Below, piece after piece: positions 1 to 8,867 of a stretch of 33,922 bases of DNA. The DNA is from Candidatus Bathyarchaeota archaeon (GTDB lineage Archaea > Thermoproteota > Bathyarchaeia > Bathyarchaeales > Bathycorpusculaceae): the NCBI GenBank assembly GCA_963775895.1, contig CAVZKL010000006.1, positions 1-33,922 on the forward strand, in the 5' to 3' direction. Both the position numbers and the translations under genes were made by a program. The notes below the pieces were generated by a model. That model ran no database searches, was not told the DNA's origin, and was given only the letters and a program-made list of their open reading frames with translations. Each line of letters begins with the position of its first letter. The first letter of the stretch is position 1.

Positions 1-346
1 GAGTATTCTCTGAACGTGTAGTTGCACTTGGTGCAGCGCAAGAACTGAGTTGAGGATTCGTCTGCCCCCCTGGTCTGCACCTGCCAGACGTAGGCCAAGT
101 TGTTTCCGCATTTCGGGCATTCGATCCTTACGGTTGGCAACGTTCTGAGTTTCTGTTCTTCTTTACCTATCACTGCCACGAGCTGCTCGGGTTTGTGCTG
201 GATCACTTTCGCAACCTTGGGTTCCGCTTTGCCGCTGGATGCGTGCTTCTTGTAGCCGCATTTGGGACAAGTAAGCATCAACGTCTCTCCCTTCCCTTTC
301 CCTTTTTTTGGGCGAGCCTAGAACCGCACTTCGGGCAGAAATCCAT
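1..346 (-). CDS. tfs: Transcription factor S (TFS/RpoM family); frameshifted at about 303-309 and truncated by the window edge
   Basis: ATG at 346 follows a GGTGA SD. MDFCPKCGSRL continues in the -1 frame as LTCPKCGY...IECPKCGNNLAYVWQVQTRGADESSTQFLRCTKCNYTFREY: two Zn ribbons and the acidic DE hairpin of TFIIS-like factors. Confidence 0.93.
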
Positions 347-391
347 AAAACGATTCACCAGTGCCGTTTCATTAGCCTTAGCATTGTCCCT

Positions 392-406
392 CTTAAATCT
401 TTTCTC
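392..406 (-). promoter_or_regulatory. Putative BRE/TATA promoter of tfs
   Basis: Minus strand reads GAGAAAAGA-TTTAAG about 45 nt upstream of the tfs ATG. Confidence 0.5.
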
Positions 407-425
407 ACAGAGATCAATAGTGAAA

Positions 426-1013
426 CTACACGTTAGCCAGACCTGAAGCGACAAGGTGAGCAACCCGCAGAGCCTCAGGGACACTACTACGAGTCGACGT
501 CAACTTCACGATTTTCCGCGCATCTTCTTCCAATAACCCGCAGATCTCAATGTACACTCTTTCACGAGTGCTCCTTGTACTCACTTCGAAAATCGGACCG
601 GCGTTCAAAAGGGCCTTCCACCTCTTCTGAGGTTGGGGCAAGTTTTTCAACGCCTTTCTAATGTCCTCAAGATCAGGTCTATCACGGGTCACCGCGATAA
701 CGGGAAGTTCAGTCTCAGCGTCGAGTCGTTTGAGGTCGACAACATTGAACCCTGCCAGCGTCACACCGTCCAACATTATGACTCTCAACTGACGATAATG
801 AGCTGAACTTGTCACCATAGAAGCTACCTTGTCAGTAGCGTCGAACCCGTCTATCTTCACCTTCGTGCTCATCACACCATCAAGCCAGTATCCACCGCGA
901 AATACGACACCGACAACCGGGGCAAAGCCCCTCGAATGAGGAATAAACACGCCATCGTCGACGCCTAAAACGCGAATTTCGGGCTTGATCGTACGGAATT
1001 TCTCCAAGGACAA
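426..1013 (-). CDS. DUF99 family protein (endonuclease V-like)
   Basis: Motifs RVLGVDDG, DGFDAT, MLDGVTLAGFNVVD and PEALRVAHLVA; usual position between rpoL and tfs. Confidence 0.88.
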   Translation of the reverse strand: MSLEKFRTIKPEIRVLGVDDGVFIPHSRGFAPVVGVVFRGGYWLDGVMSTKVKIDGFDATDKVASMVTSSAHYRQLRVIMLDGVTLAGFNVVDLKRLDAETELPVIAVTRDRPDLEDIRKALKNLPQPQKRWKALLNAGPIFEVSTRSTRERVYIEICGLLEEDARKIVKLTSTRSSVPEALRVAHLVASGLANV

Positions 1014-1160
1014 AATTCATTCCTCGCACAGTAAAAATATCATAGAAAGAGACGTTATAAGGATAATCGAGACACTGATCGTGGGGCTGAGTTTGGACAA
1101 GTCTGGAATAACTGTATTTTTTCCCTGAAACGTAATGGTCCTGTGGAAGGTTTGGCTACA

Positions 1161-1178
1161 CTTTGACCGTGGTCAAAG
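1161..1178. terminator. Perfect inverted repeat just downstream of rpoL (terminator-like hairpin or protein-binding site)
   Basis: CTTTGACC-GT-GGTCAAAG, 6 nt past the rpoL stop codon. Confidence 0.4.
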
Positions 1179-1184
1179 CGAGAA

Positions 1185-1475
1185 TTACTTTTCCTTGAGA
1201 GCTCTGTTCAGCTCCTTGCCGAATTCTTTGTTCATTTCACGCGTCTTCTCTATCGCATTCTTGAGGACTTGTTCAGGTTTCGCTTTGCCCTTCGTGCGGA
1301 CGTAGATGATGGAGTTTGAGGCCAAGGGATGCGGAATGTCATATCCAGCGAAGTCCACGTTTTCTTCTTCCAGCAGGTTCTTCTGCAGCAGATTGCCGAT
1401 GGTGTGACCTACTCCTTCAACTTCGATCCTCAGTTCATTCGGAGTTTTTTTGAGGACGCTAATTTTCATTTTCAT
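1185..1475 (-). CDS. rpoL: DNA-directed RNA polymerase subunit L (Rpo11)
   Basis: GVGHTIGNLL and FAGYDIPHPL motifs; overlaps the csl4 3' end; start at 1475 or 1469. Confidence 0.95.
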   Translation of the reverse strand: MKMKISVLKKTPNELRIEVEGVGHTIGNLLQKNLLEEENVDFAGYDIPHPLASNSIIYVRTKGKAKPEQVLKNAIEKTREMNKEFGKELNRALKEK

Positions 1476-2073
1476 CGTCACCTTTTCTGCGTTCGATCAG
1501 CCCCTTGCCATAGTCGGATGCTATTTTCCGCCTTTCGATGCGGCCGCACTTGGGACAGTGCATGCCTTGTCTTCTTGGCTCCAGCAGACTGCCACAGCTC
1601 GTGCAAAAGGCGTAGACGACTCCTAGGTTTTTCTCTTTGGTTGCTAAGTGGTAAGTTCTGTTTTTCTCGCTGATCACTTTAGCTCTAACGATATCGCCTG
1701 CCTTGCAAATGTCGTACATCGAATCCACGTACCGCAGGGCAACGTCCGAAACATGCAAGATGCCGACAAAAGCACCGTTGACATCTTTGTCGCTCACCTC
1801 GAAAATTCGTACGCCAGCAGTGTCAGATTGAGCGTTTGAAACCTGCCCCATGACCGTGCTTCCAGTCACAGGAACCTTTGCACCCTGCGCCAGTTGATGG
1901 ACTGAAACGCGTTTGTGAACAAGATCGATAAGGACCCTGCCGATAACCTTGGAATAGATTATTCCGTCTTCCACGAAGGTCCCAGAGTCCGGTATGAATT
2001 CCTCGATCACGCCGAGACGTTCTCCAGGCACGACCAGTTGACCAGTCTTCTGTTCATTTGACTTTGAACTCAT
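1459..2073 (-). CDS. csl4: Exosome RNA-binding cap protein Csl4
   Basis: VVPGERLGVIEEF N-domain, S1 domain (ILHVS, GDIVRAKVIS), C-terminal CTSCG...CPKCG Zn ribbon and ERRKIA; start placed at ATG 2073. Confidence 0.95.
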   Translation of the reverse strand: MSSKSNEQKTGQLVVPGERLGVIEEFIPDSGTFVEDGIIYSKVIGRVLIDLVHKRVSVHQLAQGAKVPVTGSTVMGQVSNAQSDTAGVRIFEVSDKDVNGAFVGILHVSDVALRYVDSMYDICKAGDIVRAKVISEKNRTYHLATKEKNLGVVYAFCTSCGSLLEPRRQGMHCPKCGRIERRKIASDYGKGLIERRKGDDENEN

Positions 2074-2235
2074 CTTGAAACCACTTTCTAAGATATTGAC
2101 TCGCACGTCAAGCGCATTTACACTGTTGAGTGCGAGCGTCTACTGAATGATTATAACTGTACTTTCCATGCTTCTCAATAAACCTTTTCATCGAAGACCG
2201 TGACCTTTCTGAGAAAATTCCGTTCCGACCAGGCG

Positions 2236-2922
2236 TCATTTCCTCCGAAGAACGTACAGATCAGTCACAAACTCGTGTCTCTTTTCAGTGTGAAAACTGA
2301 ACATGTGCGGAATCGTCATCAACAAGGCGTAAACAGCATCTATCGTTCCGCAGTTTTCATCAACGAACTGCTCCATGAATGAAGAAGCCGAGACCTTTAC
2401 GGCGCCGTCGCTGCTTGCTTTCAACCTCGCAACAAGTGAAGGATCACTGTGCGGTCTCTTGTGAAGCGAATAGACCACTGAGCCAAGTTCCAAAGCCTTC
2501 ATTATGAACTTTCTGTCGGCTCCTCTTTTCTGCACTCCGAAAGGAGGATTTTGTAGTACGGTATCAAAACGTCCATGCAGTGAATCGATGTCTGCAACTA
2601 TCCACTGAGTCTTCTTCTTCAAGTTCGAGTTTGCCGAGTTTTCGCGGGCTTTTCTCACCGCGGTTCTGTCCAGGTCCACGCCCACGACCTCTCTTGCTCC
2701 CATGAAAGCGGCTCCCAAGGCTAGTCTGCCTGTGCCGCAACCGAGATCGACAACTCGCTTGCCAACGATGTTTCCGTGTGAGTACGCTGCGATGTACAGC
2801 ATCGTTGCAGCAGTGTCAGCTGAAATTGTGTACTGCTCGAGCTCAGCCGTGGGTGCAGGGTGAGGGTCAACCTTCGAGAGCATCAGCTCGAGATCTCGCT
2901 TTCGAATAAGCCTCTTTTGCAT
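2236..2922 (-). CDS. METTL5-family (rRNA m6A-type) SAM-dependent methyltransferase
   Basis: ELEQY, VVDLGCGTGRL (motif I), QNPPFG (amino-methyltransferase motif IV), YSLH, FSFH. Confidence 0.9.
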   Translation of the reverse strand: MQKRLIRKRDLELMLSKVDPHPAPTAELEQYTISADTAATMLYIAAYSHGNIVGKRVVDLGCGTGRLALGAAFMGAREVVGVDLDRTAVRKARENSANSNLKKKTQWIVADIDSLHGRFDTVLQNPPFGVQKRGADRKFIMKALELGSVVYSLHKRPHSDPSLVARLKASSDGAVKVSASSFMEQFVDENCGTIDAVYALLMTIPHMFSFHTEKRHEFVTDLYVLRRK

Positions 2923-3895
2923 AATTCCTCCCAGGACAACTTTCCCACGACGACCAGTGCCTCATTGACAGTCAAAACTGGCTTTCTGAATCTGGCGGCG
3001 TCGTCTAATGATACGCGCGGACAAGCCGTGTTGACAAAAGCGTCAATCGTCGGGAACTCCATGAGAACTTCAGGAGTGATTTCTCTCGCAGCCAGCACGC
3101 ACGAGGATCTTCCATTTTCTTCCAGGGCCTGCTTGATCTGCAACGCTGTTTCCATTCTTTTCTGGCCGGTTTGGTTCCAACGAGCACGGCGAAGTTCTTC
3201 GCTTTCTTCGCTTGGTCGATAACAGCCCAACGTTGTTTAAACGTTCTTTCGGCTTCATCGTCTACCGCGAACGCTCTGTCCTCGAAGGGATCGGCTACCA
3301 CCGTGGGTTTAGAGGTGGAGAGGGCGACTCCCAACGCGTGGAACAACCCTCCTCCCAAGAAAAGAAACGCGTCAACATCCTTGACGATGGAGACTGCGTT
3401 GCTGTAATCGCAGCCCACAACCTGTCCAGGATAGGCCAATCGTCGCGTATCACCCACCACTACGGTCTTCCCTGCACGAGTCAAGATTTCTCTGACTTCG
3501 TCCAACGTTTGAACGTGTTGAACGGTGGTTACGAGTCCGATTCTGCGCCATTTTCCTAACAGAGGAAGGGCTTTTTCAACGGCAGAGCCCACAGGAATCG
3601 TCGCACGAGCTTCCACGTAAAGCGTCGGCACACGTTCATACTTCACGAGTTTTGAGTGCCCATAGTGCACTATCAGGTCCACTCCGAGGCTTTCCGCTTC
3701 AGCTATAGCCAGGTCACACGCACCGTAGCACGGATCAGCAGAAATGACCAGTTGCACGCCGAGTTTTTCAAGAGTCTTTGCGATGATCGGAGCCTCAGGT
3801 TTCAGTCCTTCTGGAAGTTGAAGAAGAACCCGCTTCGCTCCAAGCTTGAGAATGGCCTGTTTCACTCTTTCCTCTTCAAAGTCGAAGTTTTTCAT
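2883..3895 (-). CDS. dph2: Diphthamide biosynthesis radical enzyme Dph2; one frameshift near 3166
   Basis: LQLPEGLK, PCYGACD, HYGH, GQVVGC and GGGLFH in frame 1; GQKR...NTACPRVSLDD in frame 2. Restoring one base in CCGG gives VGTKPGQKRM and about 337 aa. Confidence 0.92.
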
Positions 3896-3959
3896 CCACA
3901 CCCACTCTAAACGATTAAGAAAAGAAGCGTTTGGTTGGAAAATTGGGGAGATGGCTGAG

Positions 3960-6410
3960 CTACGGCGTCCATTCCCATGGCTGAACCGGTTTTCGAACGG
4001 TGCGGCCCTGAGCTTTCTCGCTCAACTCTGCAAGTCTTTCGAGAATTATCTTCTGCTCTATGCTTGAGACAAGCTTTTTCGTGGCAACCACTGCGTCGTT
4101 GTTCACTGAAATGCTGTCGATCCCAACTCTTACGAGGAACTCTGCAAAGTCAGGCAGGTTTGATGGACCTTCGCCGCATATAGAAACCGTGGCCCCGTTC
4201 TCGTGGGCAACTCTAATCAAGTGTGCGATGATTCTTTCAACAGCCGGGTCTCTTTCATCGAAGTATCCCATCTGTCCCAACCGCTCCGAGTCCCTGTCGA
4301 TCATGAGTATGCCCTGAGTCATGTCGTTTGACCCTATTGAGAAACCGTCGGCAAGCTTTGAGAATTCATCAGCCAGTATCGCGATCGACGGTGTTTCGGC
4401 CATGAACCAAACCTTGAAATCTTTCGACCTTTCCAAACCTTCCTGTCGCATGATTTCCAGGACGGCTTTGACTTCCCAGAGCGTGCGGACAACCGGAAGC
4501 ATCACCCAAACGTTCTTCAAACCCCATTCTTTTCGACATTTGACTATTGCCTTGCATTCGAGTCTGTAGGCTTTTTCGTACCATTGACTTATGTAACGGC
4601 TGCAGCCTCTCCATCCGAGCATCGGGTTGGCTTCGACAATTTCATACTTGTCCCCGCCCTTGAGCTCCCTGTACTCGTTCGTCTTGAAGTCGCTGAAGCG
4701 AACAACAACCGGGCGCGGTTGAATAGCCCTCGCCACTGTTGATATTCCGTCGGCGAGTTTGTCAACGAACGTTTGGCTCTTTCCCGTTTCCACGTACTCA
4801 AGCGGGTGCGTGCCGATGTAACTGGCCAAGATGAATTCCATGCGCATAAGCCCAATGCCTTCAAACGGCAAGTCCTTGTAATCCTCGATTTTCTCAGGCA
4901 CGCCTAGGTTCATGTAAATCTTGGTCGCTGTCGTGGGCACTGTCTGGAATGCCCCACCGCCAGCTGCCATTTGAGCAGACGGAACGCCCGTCGCGGAGGT
5001 CAGCTGTGCAGTCAGTGTTGCGACCGCGCCTTCATACACCACGCCGCTCTTCGAGTCGACGGTGTACTCCTTTCCTGTAACCATGACTTGCGTCGCCTTC
5101 TCGGTTCCCACAACGCAGGGAATGCCCAGTTCGCGGCTCACGATTGCTGCGTGGCAGGTCACTCCGCCTTTATCGGTGACTATCGCGCCTGCAAGCTTCA
5201 TGAAGGGCACGTAATCGGGGTTCGTCATGTCCGTCACGAGTATATCGCCTTTCTTCATGACTTTGGCCGCTTCCTGCGGGTTCGACACGACTTTTGCAAT
5301 GCCAATTCCGAAGCCGCGCTTGCCAGCGGCGATTCCCTTGATGACCACTTTCAATTCAGGGGGTTTCATTTCTCCAATTTCTTTTGATGGAGCTTCTGCG
5401 GCCTTCAAGCTCCAAACCGTTTCGGGTCGAGACTGTACTATGAACATGTTTTTGGGAGAGGAAAGGTCCCGGTCGATTGCCCACTCAATATCTTGAGGCT
5501 TACCGTAGTGTTTCTCGATTCGTTTTGCCAACTCTGCAAGCCTCAACACCTCTTCGTCGGTTACGCAGGGCAACTCCTGCATTTCAGCAGGTACTTCCTC
5601 GTGAACCGTGTGTCCAGTCTTCAGGTCCCTGACGTACTGAACGGTTTTCTTGGCGAGGCGTCTCTCGATTATCTTCGTCGACGCTTTGTCTACCACAAAA
5701 TCATCCGGAGTAACCGAACCTGACACGACGGCTTCGCCCAAGCCGTAGTTTCCCTCGATGACTATCTGGCTAGTGTCGCCCGTCACAGGGTTCAACGTGA
5801 ATATCACACCGGCTGCTTTGGAATTGACCATCTTCTGTACTCCGACGCTGATGAAGACTTTCTCGTGCGCAAAGCCTTTCTCGTTGCGGTAGAAGATGGA
5901 CCGTGGAGTGAATAGACTTGACCAGCACTTCACCGTGTTTTGAACAACCCCCTTGGCTCCTCGAACGTTCAAGAACGTTTCCTGTTGCCCCGCAAAAGAC
6001 GCGTCGGCCAGATCTTCAGCCGTTGCACTTGACCTCACGGCTACGAAGACGTCTTTTGTGTTCAGTTTTTTGTTCAGCTCTTCATAAGCGTCTTTTATCG
6101 CGTTTTCAATTTCCTTGGGCATACGTGTCGATTCGATGAGTTCACGAATCTTCTTTGAAGCCACCTCATACTGAGCTGGGTCATTCTTGTCCGTCACTGT
6201 GTCATCTATGATTTCGTAAATCTTCTTGGCAATGCTGGTTTCTTCGATAAATTTCTTGTACGCGTATGCGCTGATGGCAAATCCAGGTGGGACTGGTATG
6301 CCGGCGCTGGTCAGTTCTCCGAGGTTAGCGTTCTTTCCTCCCGCGGATGGAATATCGGTTTTTCTGAGTTTTTCAAACCACAAAACTAAATCCTTTTTCA
6401 TTTCACTCAA
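3960..6410 (-). CDS. ppsA: Phosphoenolpyruvate synthase (pyruvate,water dikinase)
   Basis: GGKNANLGEL, VAVRSSATAED..ASFAGQQET, QSRPETV, phospho-His motif GGVTCHAAIVSRE, NPMLGWRG, SIGSNDMTQ; start TTG 6410 or ATG 6401. Confidence 0.96.
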   Translation of the reverse strand: MSEMKKDLVLWFEKLRKTDIPSAGGKNANLGELTSAGIPVPPGFAISAYAYKKFIEETSIAKKIYEIIDDTVTDKNDPAQYEVASKKIRELIESTRMPKEIENAIKDAYEELNKKLNTKDVFVAVRSSATAEDLADASFAGQQETFLNVRGAKGVVQNTVKCWSSLFTPRSIFYRNEKGFAHEKVFISVGVQKMVNSKAAGVIFTLNPVTGDTSQIVIEGNYGLGEAVVSGSVTPDDFVVDKASTKIIERRLAKKTVQYVRDLKTGHTVHEEVPAEMQELPCVTDEEVLRLAELAKRIEKHYGKPQDIEWAIDRDLSSPKNMFIVQSRPETVWSLKAAEAPSKEIGEMKPPELKVVIKGIAAGKRGFGIGIAKVVSNPQEAAKVMKKGDILVTDMTNPDYVPFMKLAGAIVTDKGGVTCHAAIVSRELGIPCVVGTEKATQVMVTGKEYTVDSKSGVVYEGAVATLTAQLTSATGVPSAQMAAGGGAFQTVPTTATKIYMNLGVPEKIEDYKDLPFEGIGLMRMEFILASYIGTHPLEYVETGKSQTFVDKLADGISTVARAIQPRPVVVRFSDFKTNEYRELKGGDKYEIVEANPMLGWRGCSRYISQWYEKAYRLECKAIVKCRKEWGLKNVWVMLPVVRTLWEVKAVLEIMRQEGLERSKDFKVWFMAETPSIAILADEFSKLADGFSIGSNDMTQGILMIDRDSERLGQMGYFDERDPAVERIIAHLIRVAHENGATVSICGEGPSNLPDFAEFLVRVGIDSISVNNDAVVATKKLVSSIEQKIILERLAELSEKAQGRTVRKPVQPWEWTP

Positions 6411-6921
6411 CTGCTTTCGCCTCTTCAGTCTTCACTTTTTCAATAACGATTTTACAAGGCATCGGAAGCTTCGCGCTTCCACGCTTCAAACTCTCTTTCA
6501 TAAGCTCAACAGCGTCATGGTTCACGAACACGCCGATAATCGTCTGATTAGGTTTAACACGCGCGGCTGTTCCGATCGGTTTTCCAAACGATCTTCGCAT
6601 GCCATCCTGAAGACGGTCTGCATGTGCACCGAAGATCATCTTGTTTTCACGAAGTATGGTGTGCGGGTAAGGATAGACCTGCAACTGGTACTTGTCGACC
6701 AGCTTCTCCATCAGCGGACGGTTCGTAGCAATGCGTGCAGCTTCCAAAGCGTTGTGACGAATTTGAGCCGATTCGAGAGAGATGAGTCTGCCTTCATACT
6801 CGAAATGGGTCTTCATGTCACCCATGGTAAACTTCGTTATTTTGGGCTGTGGAAAACCTTTGATGAACTCTCTTCGCGTGTAGTTCTGTCCTTTCACGGC
6901 CCTGTAATTCTTCGCACGCAT
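6403..6921 (-). CDS. rpl10e: 50S ribosomal protein uL16 (L10e)
   Basis: YTRREFIKGFP, QIRHNALEAAR, LRENKM..GAHADRLQDGMRRSFGKPIGTAARV; ATG 6921 follows a GGGGGA SD. Confidence 0.96.
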   Translation of the reverse strand: MRAKNYRAVKGQNYTRREFIKGFPQPKITKFTMGDMKTHFEYEGRLISLESAQIRHNALEAARIATNRPLMEKLVDKYQLQVYPYPHTILRENKMIFGAHADRLQDGMRRSFGKPIGTAARVKPNQTIIGVFVNHDAVELMKESLKRGSAKLPMPCKIVIEKVKTEEAKAVE

Positions 6922-7081
6922 TTTTATTCCCCCTTGGCATACTTGAAAAGTGCTATTTAAACATTTAAAGACGAAAAAACCCACTGTGACCGTCCAACAG
7001 ACTTGCGGTTTGGTTCAACAGTCCATATTCTACGCTTGACGTCTTGCGGTAGCTGCTCTTTCAAGAGTGGCTCCGCGGGTT

Positions 7082-7603
7082 CTACGGGGGCAATCTCTTG
7101 TTCTTCAGCCAAGTCTTAGCGAGTTCATCGTAGTTTGGGAAGACCTTTTTCAGAATCGGAAGGTACATTTCCATTTCTTCTTCTCGCATGTATTGGAACT
7201 GGTATTCTCCCATGTAAGGGGAGGGTTCGCCTTCTCTCGTGACAAACTCCATGTGCATGAAAGGGTCCCCGCGTCTAATCGTGATCGGATGATGGTCGTT
7301 GCTCAAGTTCACGAGTTCCAGTGCGAGCCTTCCTATGAAACCACTGTGCACTTTCGCAGCGTTCAAGAAAGACAACCCCATTCGCCCATACTTGCTCTTT
7401 GCCGTTAAGTGAGCCACCAGGTTTGGCGGCGTGAAAACGATTTCATGAGATATCAAATTCTTGTGTTCAAGATAGTGAAGCGTCGTCTCTTCCCTGACGG
7501 TCAGAATGTACCCGTCGCCGTCAAGAAGGTTGTAATCATAAGGATACACGATTTTATAATCGTCGATCAGTTCCTTCAATTTGTCTTTTCCAAGTACACA
7601 CAT
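7082..7603 (-). CDS. dCTP deaminase/dUTPase superfamily protein with divergent motifs
   Basis: AKSKYGRMGL, VHSGFIGRLALELVN and PYMGEYQFQ correspond to the RSSxxRxG, DPGxxG..LEL and YxGxYQ motifs of Dcd. Confidence 0.75.
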   Translation of the reverse strand: MCVLGKDKLKELIDDYKIVYPYDYNLLDGDGYILTVREETTLHYLEHKNLISHEIVFTPPNLVAHLTAKSKYGRMGLSFLNAAKVHSGFIGRLALELVNLSNDHHPITIRRGDPFMHMEFVTREGEPSPYMGEYQFQYMREEEMEMYLPILKKVFPNYDELAKTWLKNKRLPP

Positions 7604-7688
7604 TTCCAGAGACCTCAACTTTTCTAGCAATACAAACCTCTGTTGTTATATACTTTTTGACAGAACATTAACAATGAAAGAAAAAACT

Positions 7689-8285
7689 ATGAAATGTCAT
7701 CACTGTAAACAAAATGCGACTTACAAGTGCAGCGTGTGCGGGCATCTTCTCTGCACGGAACACACGCGGTTCAGAACAGTTTGCCCAGAGTGCATCGAGA
7801 AAACCAAACTTCACATCGCAATCAAGAAAATCGCGCCGGAAGAGAAACTGGAAATCCGAAGATTGGTGAGAAGGTTCTGGGGCGAGGAAGAGCAGCTGAC
7901 CTTTGACCGCACGTTCAAAGTCTCCGGACTCCCCGGCTATGCTGCAAGACTCGAAGAAACTATGGTGGGCTTCATTTCGACCGCCGAAGTGAACGATGCA
8001 GTTTTGATCGTGGCGCTAGGAGTCTTACCCGAACACCAGAATTCAGGCATCGGGAAGCAACTTGTGACGAAAGTAGAAAAAGAAGCAGTCCGAATGAGAA
8101 AGAAAAGAATGCTCGTGTCAACGTCGAATGATGATCTACCAGCGTTAGCATTCTACCAGTCGATCGGTTTCCAGATCATCGAGGTGAAACCCAACGTCAT
8201 CGCCGAGAAACACGGCAGAGTTGTCAGCGGCATTGGCGGGTTGCCCGTTAGAGATGAATTGAGACTTCAGAAGATACTTCACTAG
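7689..8285 (+). CDS. GNAT family acetyltransferase with N-terminal Zn finger
   Basis: N-terminus CHHC..CSVC..CTEH..CPEC; GNAT motif A (QNSGIGKQL) and NDDLPALAFYQSIGF; start placed at ATG 7689. Confidence 0.85.
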   Translation: MKCHHCKQNATYKCSVCGHLLCTEHTRFRTVCPECIEKTKLHIAIKKIAPEEKLEIRRLVRRFWGEEEQLTFDRTFKVSGLPGYAARLEETMVGFISTAEVNDAVLIVALGVLPEHQNSGIGKQLVTKVEKEAVRMRKKRMLVSTSNDDLPALAFYQSIGFQIIEVKPNVIAEKHGRVVSGIGGLPVRDELRLQKILH

Positions 8286-8310
8286 TCAAGAAGGCAGAGT
8301 CTTGAAAAGA

Positions 8311-8820
8311 TCAGTCGATTCTGGAAAGAGACTCCTGCAAGATCTTTGTGATTTTCTTCGCTGAAGCACTGATTTCTGGGGACAAGCCTTCTCCGAAGTC
8401 GGTTTTTTTGGGTTGAACGAGAAGCAAAGATATTTTTGCTCTCGTAGTCTTTGAAAGGTACTCGCAGAATATCTTCAGCGGCAGCAGGTGTGATGAATAC
8501 GCGGGGGAATCTACAAGACTCTTTGGCTGAACGAGTCTCCATTCGCCGGGTCTAAGCCCCAGAAGCGCGGCATCAATCAGGAGGATGTGCGTTGGATCGA
8601 AGTCAACTATCTGCTGTATGAAGCTTTCTGGAACGGTTTCGCACTCGATCAGAAAAACCTTCTCGGAATCTCTTATCCGCAGGTCCTGGAGGATTTTGAC
8701 TCCGACGAAATCATCCAAACGTATTGGATTGCCGATTCCAGCCAGCACGACCTTTTCTGCTTTCTTCAACCAATTTGTGAGATCTTCTTGAGCACCGTTT
8801 CTCCTTGCTTTAGCTGGCAC
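8311..8820 (-). CDS. hycI: Hydrogenase maturation endopeptidase (HycI type)
   Basis: GIGNPIRLDDFVG, ETVPE, LIDAA and SSHLLPL; directly follows the hydrogenase large subunit. Confidence 0.9.
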   Translation of the reverse strand: MPAKARRNGAQEDLTNWLKKAEKVVLAGIGNPIRLDDFVGVKILQDLRIRDSEKVFLIECETVPESFIQQIVDFDPTHILLIDAALLGLRPGEWRLVQPKSLVDSPAYSSHLLPLKIFCEYLSKTTRAKISLLLVQPKKTDFGEGLSPEISASAKKITKILQESLSRID

Positions 8821-8867
8821 TATAAACCGCCACAGAAACGTGAGAAGGATATTGAAGACAAAGGGGG

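Noticed and set aside
6226-6960. 244-aa plus-strand ORF and the many other antisense or overlapping ORFs (e.g. 12934-13752, 21853-22506)
   Set aside because: They lie opposite well-supported conserved genes and carry no motifs of their own; they are shadow ORFs.
7046-7077. SECIS-like element after the dcd-like gene
   Set aside because: It is a bulged hairpin without the archaeal GAA/A core geometry, and no nearby gene has an in-frame TGA; more likely a 3' end structure.
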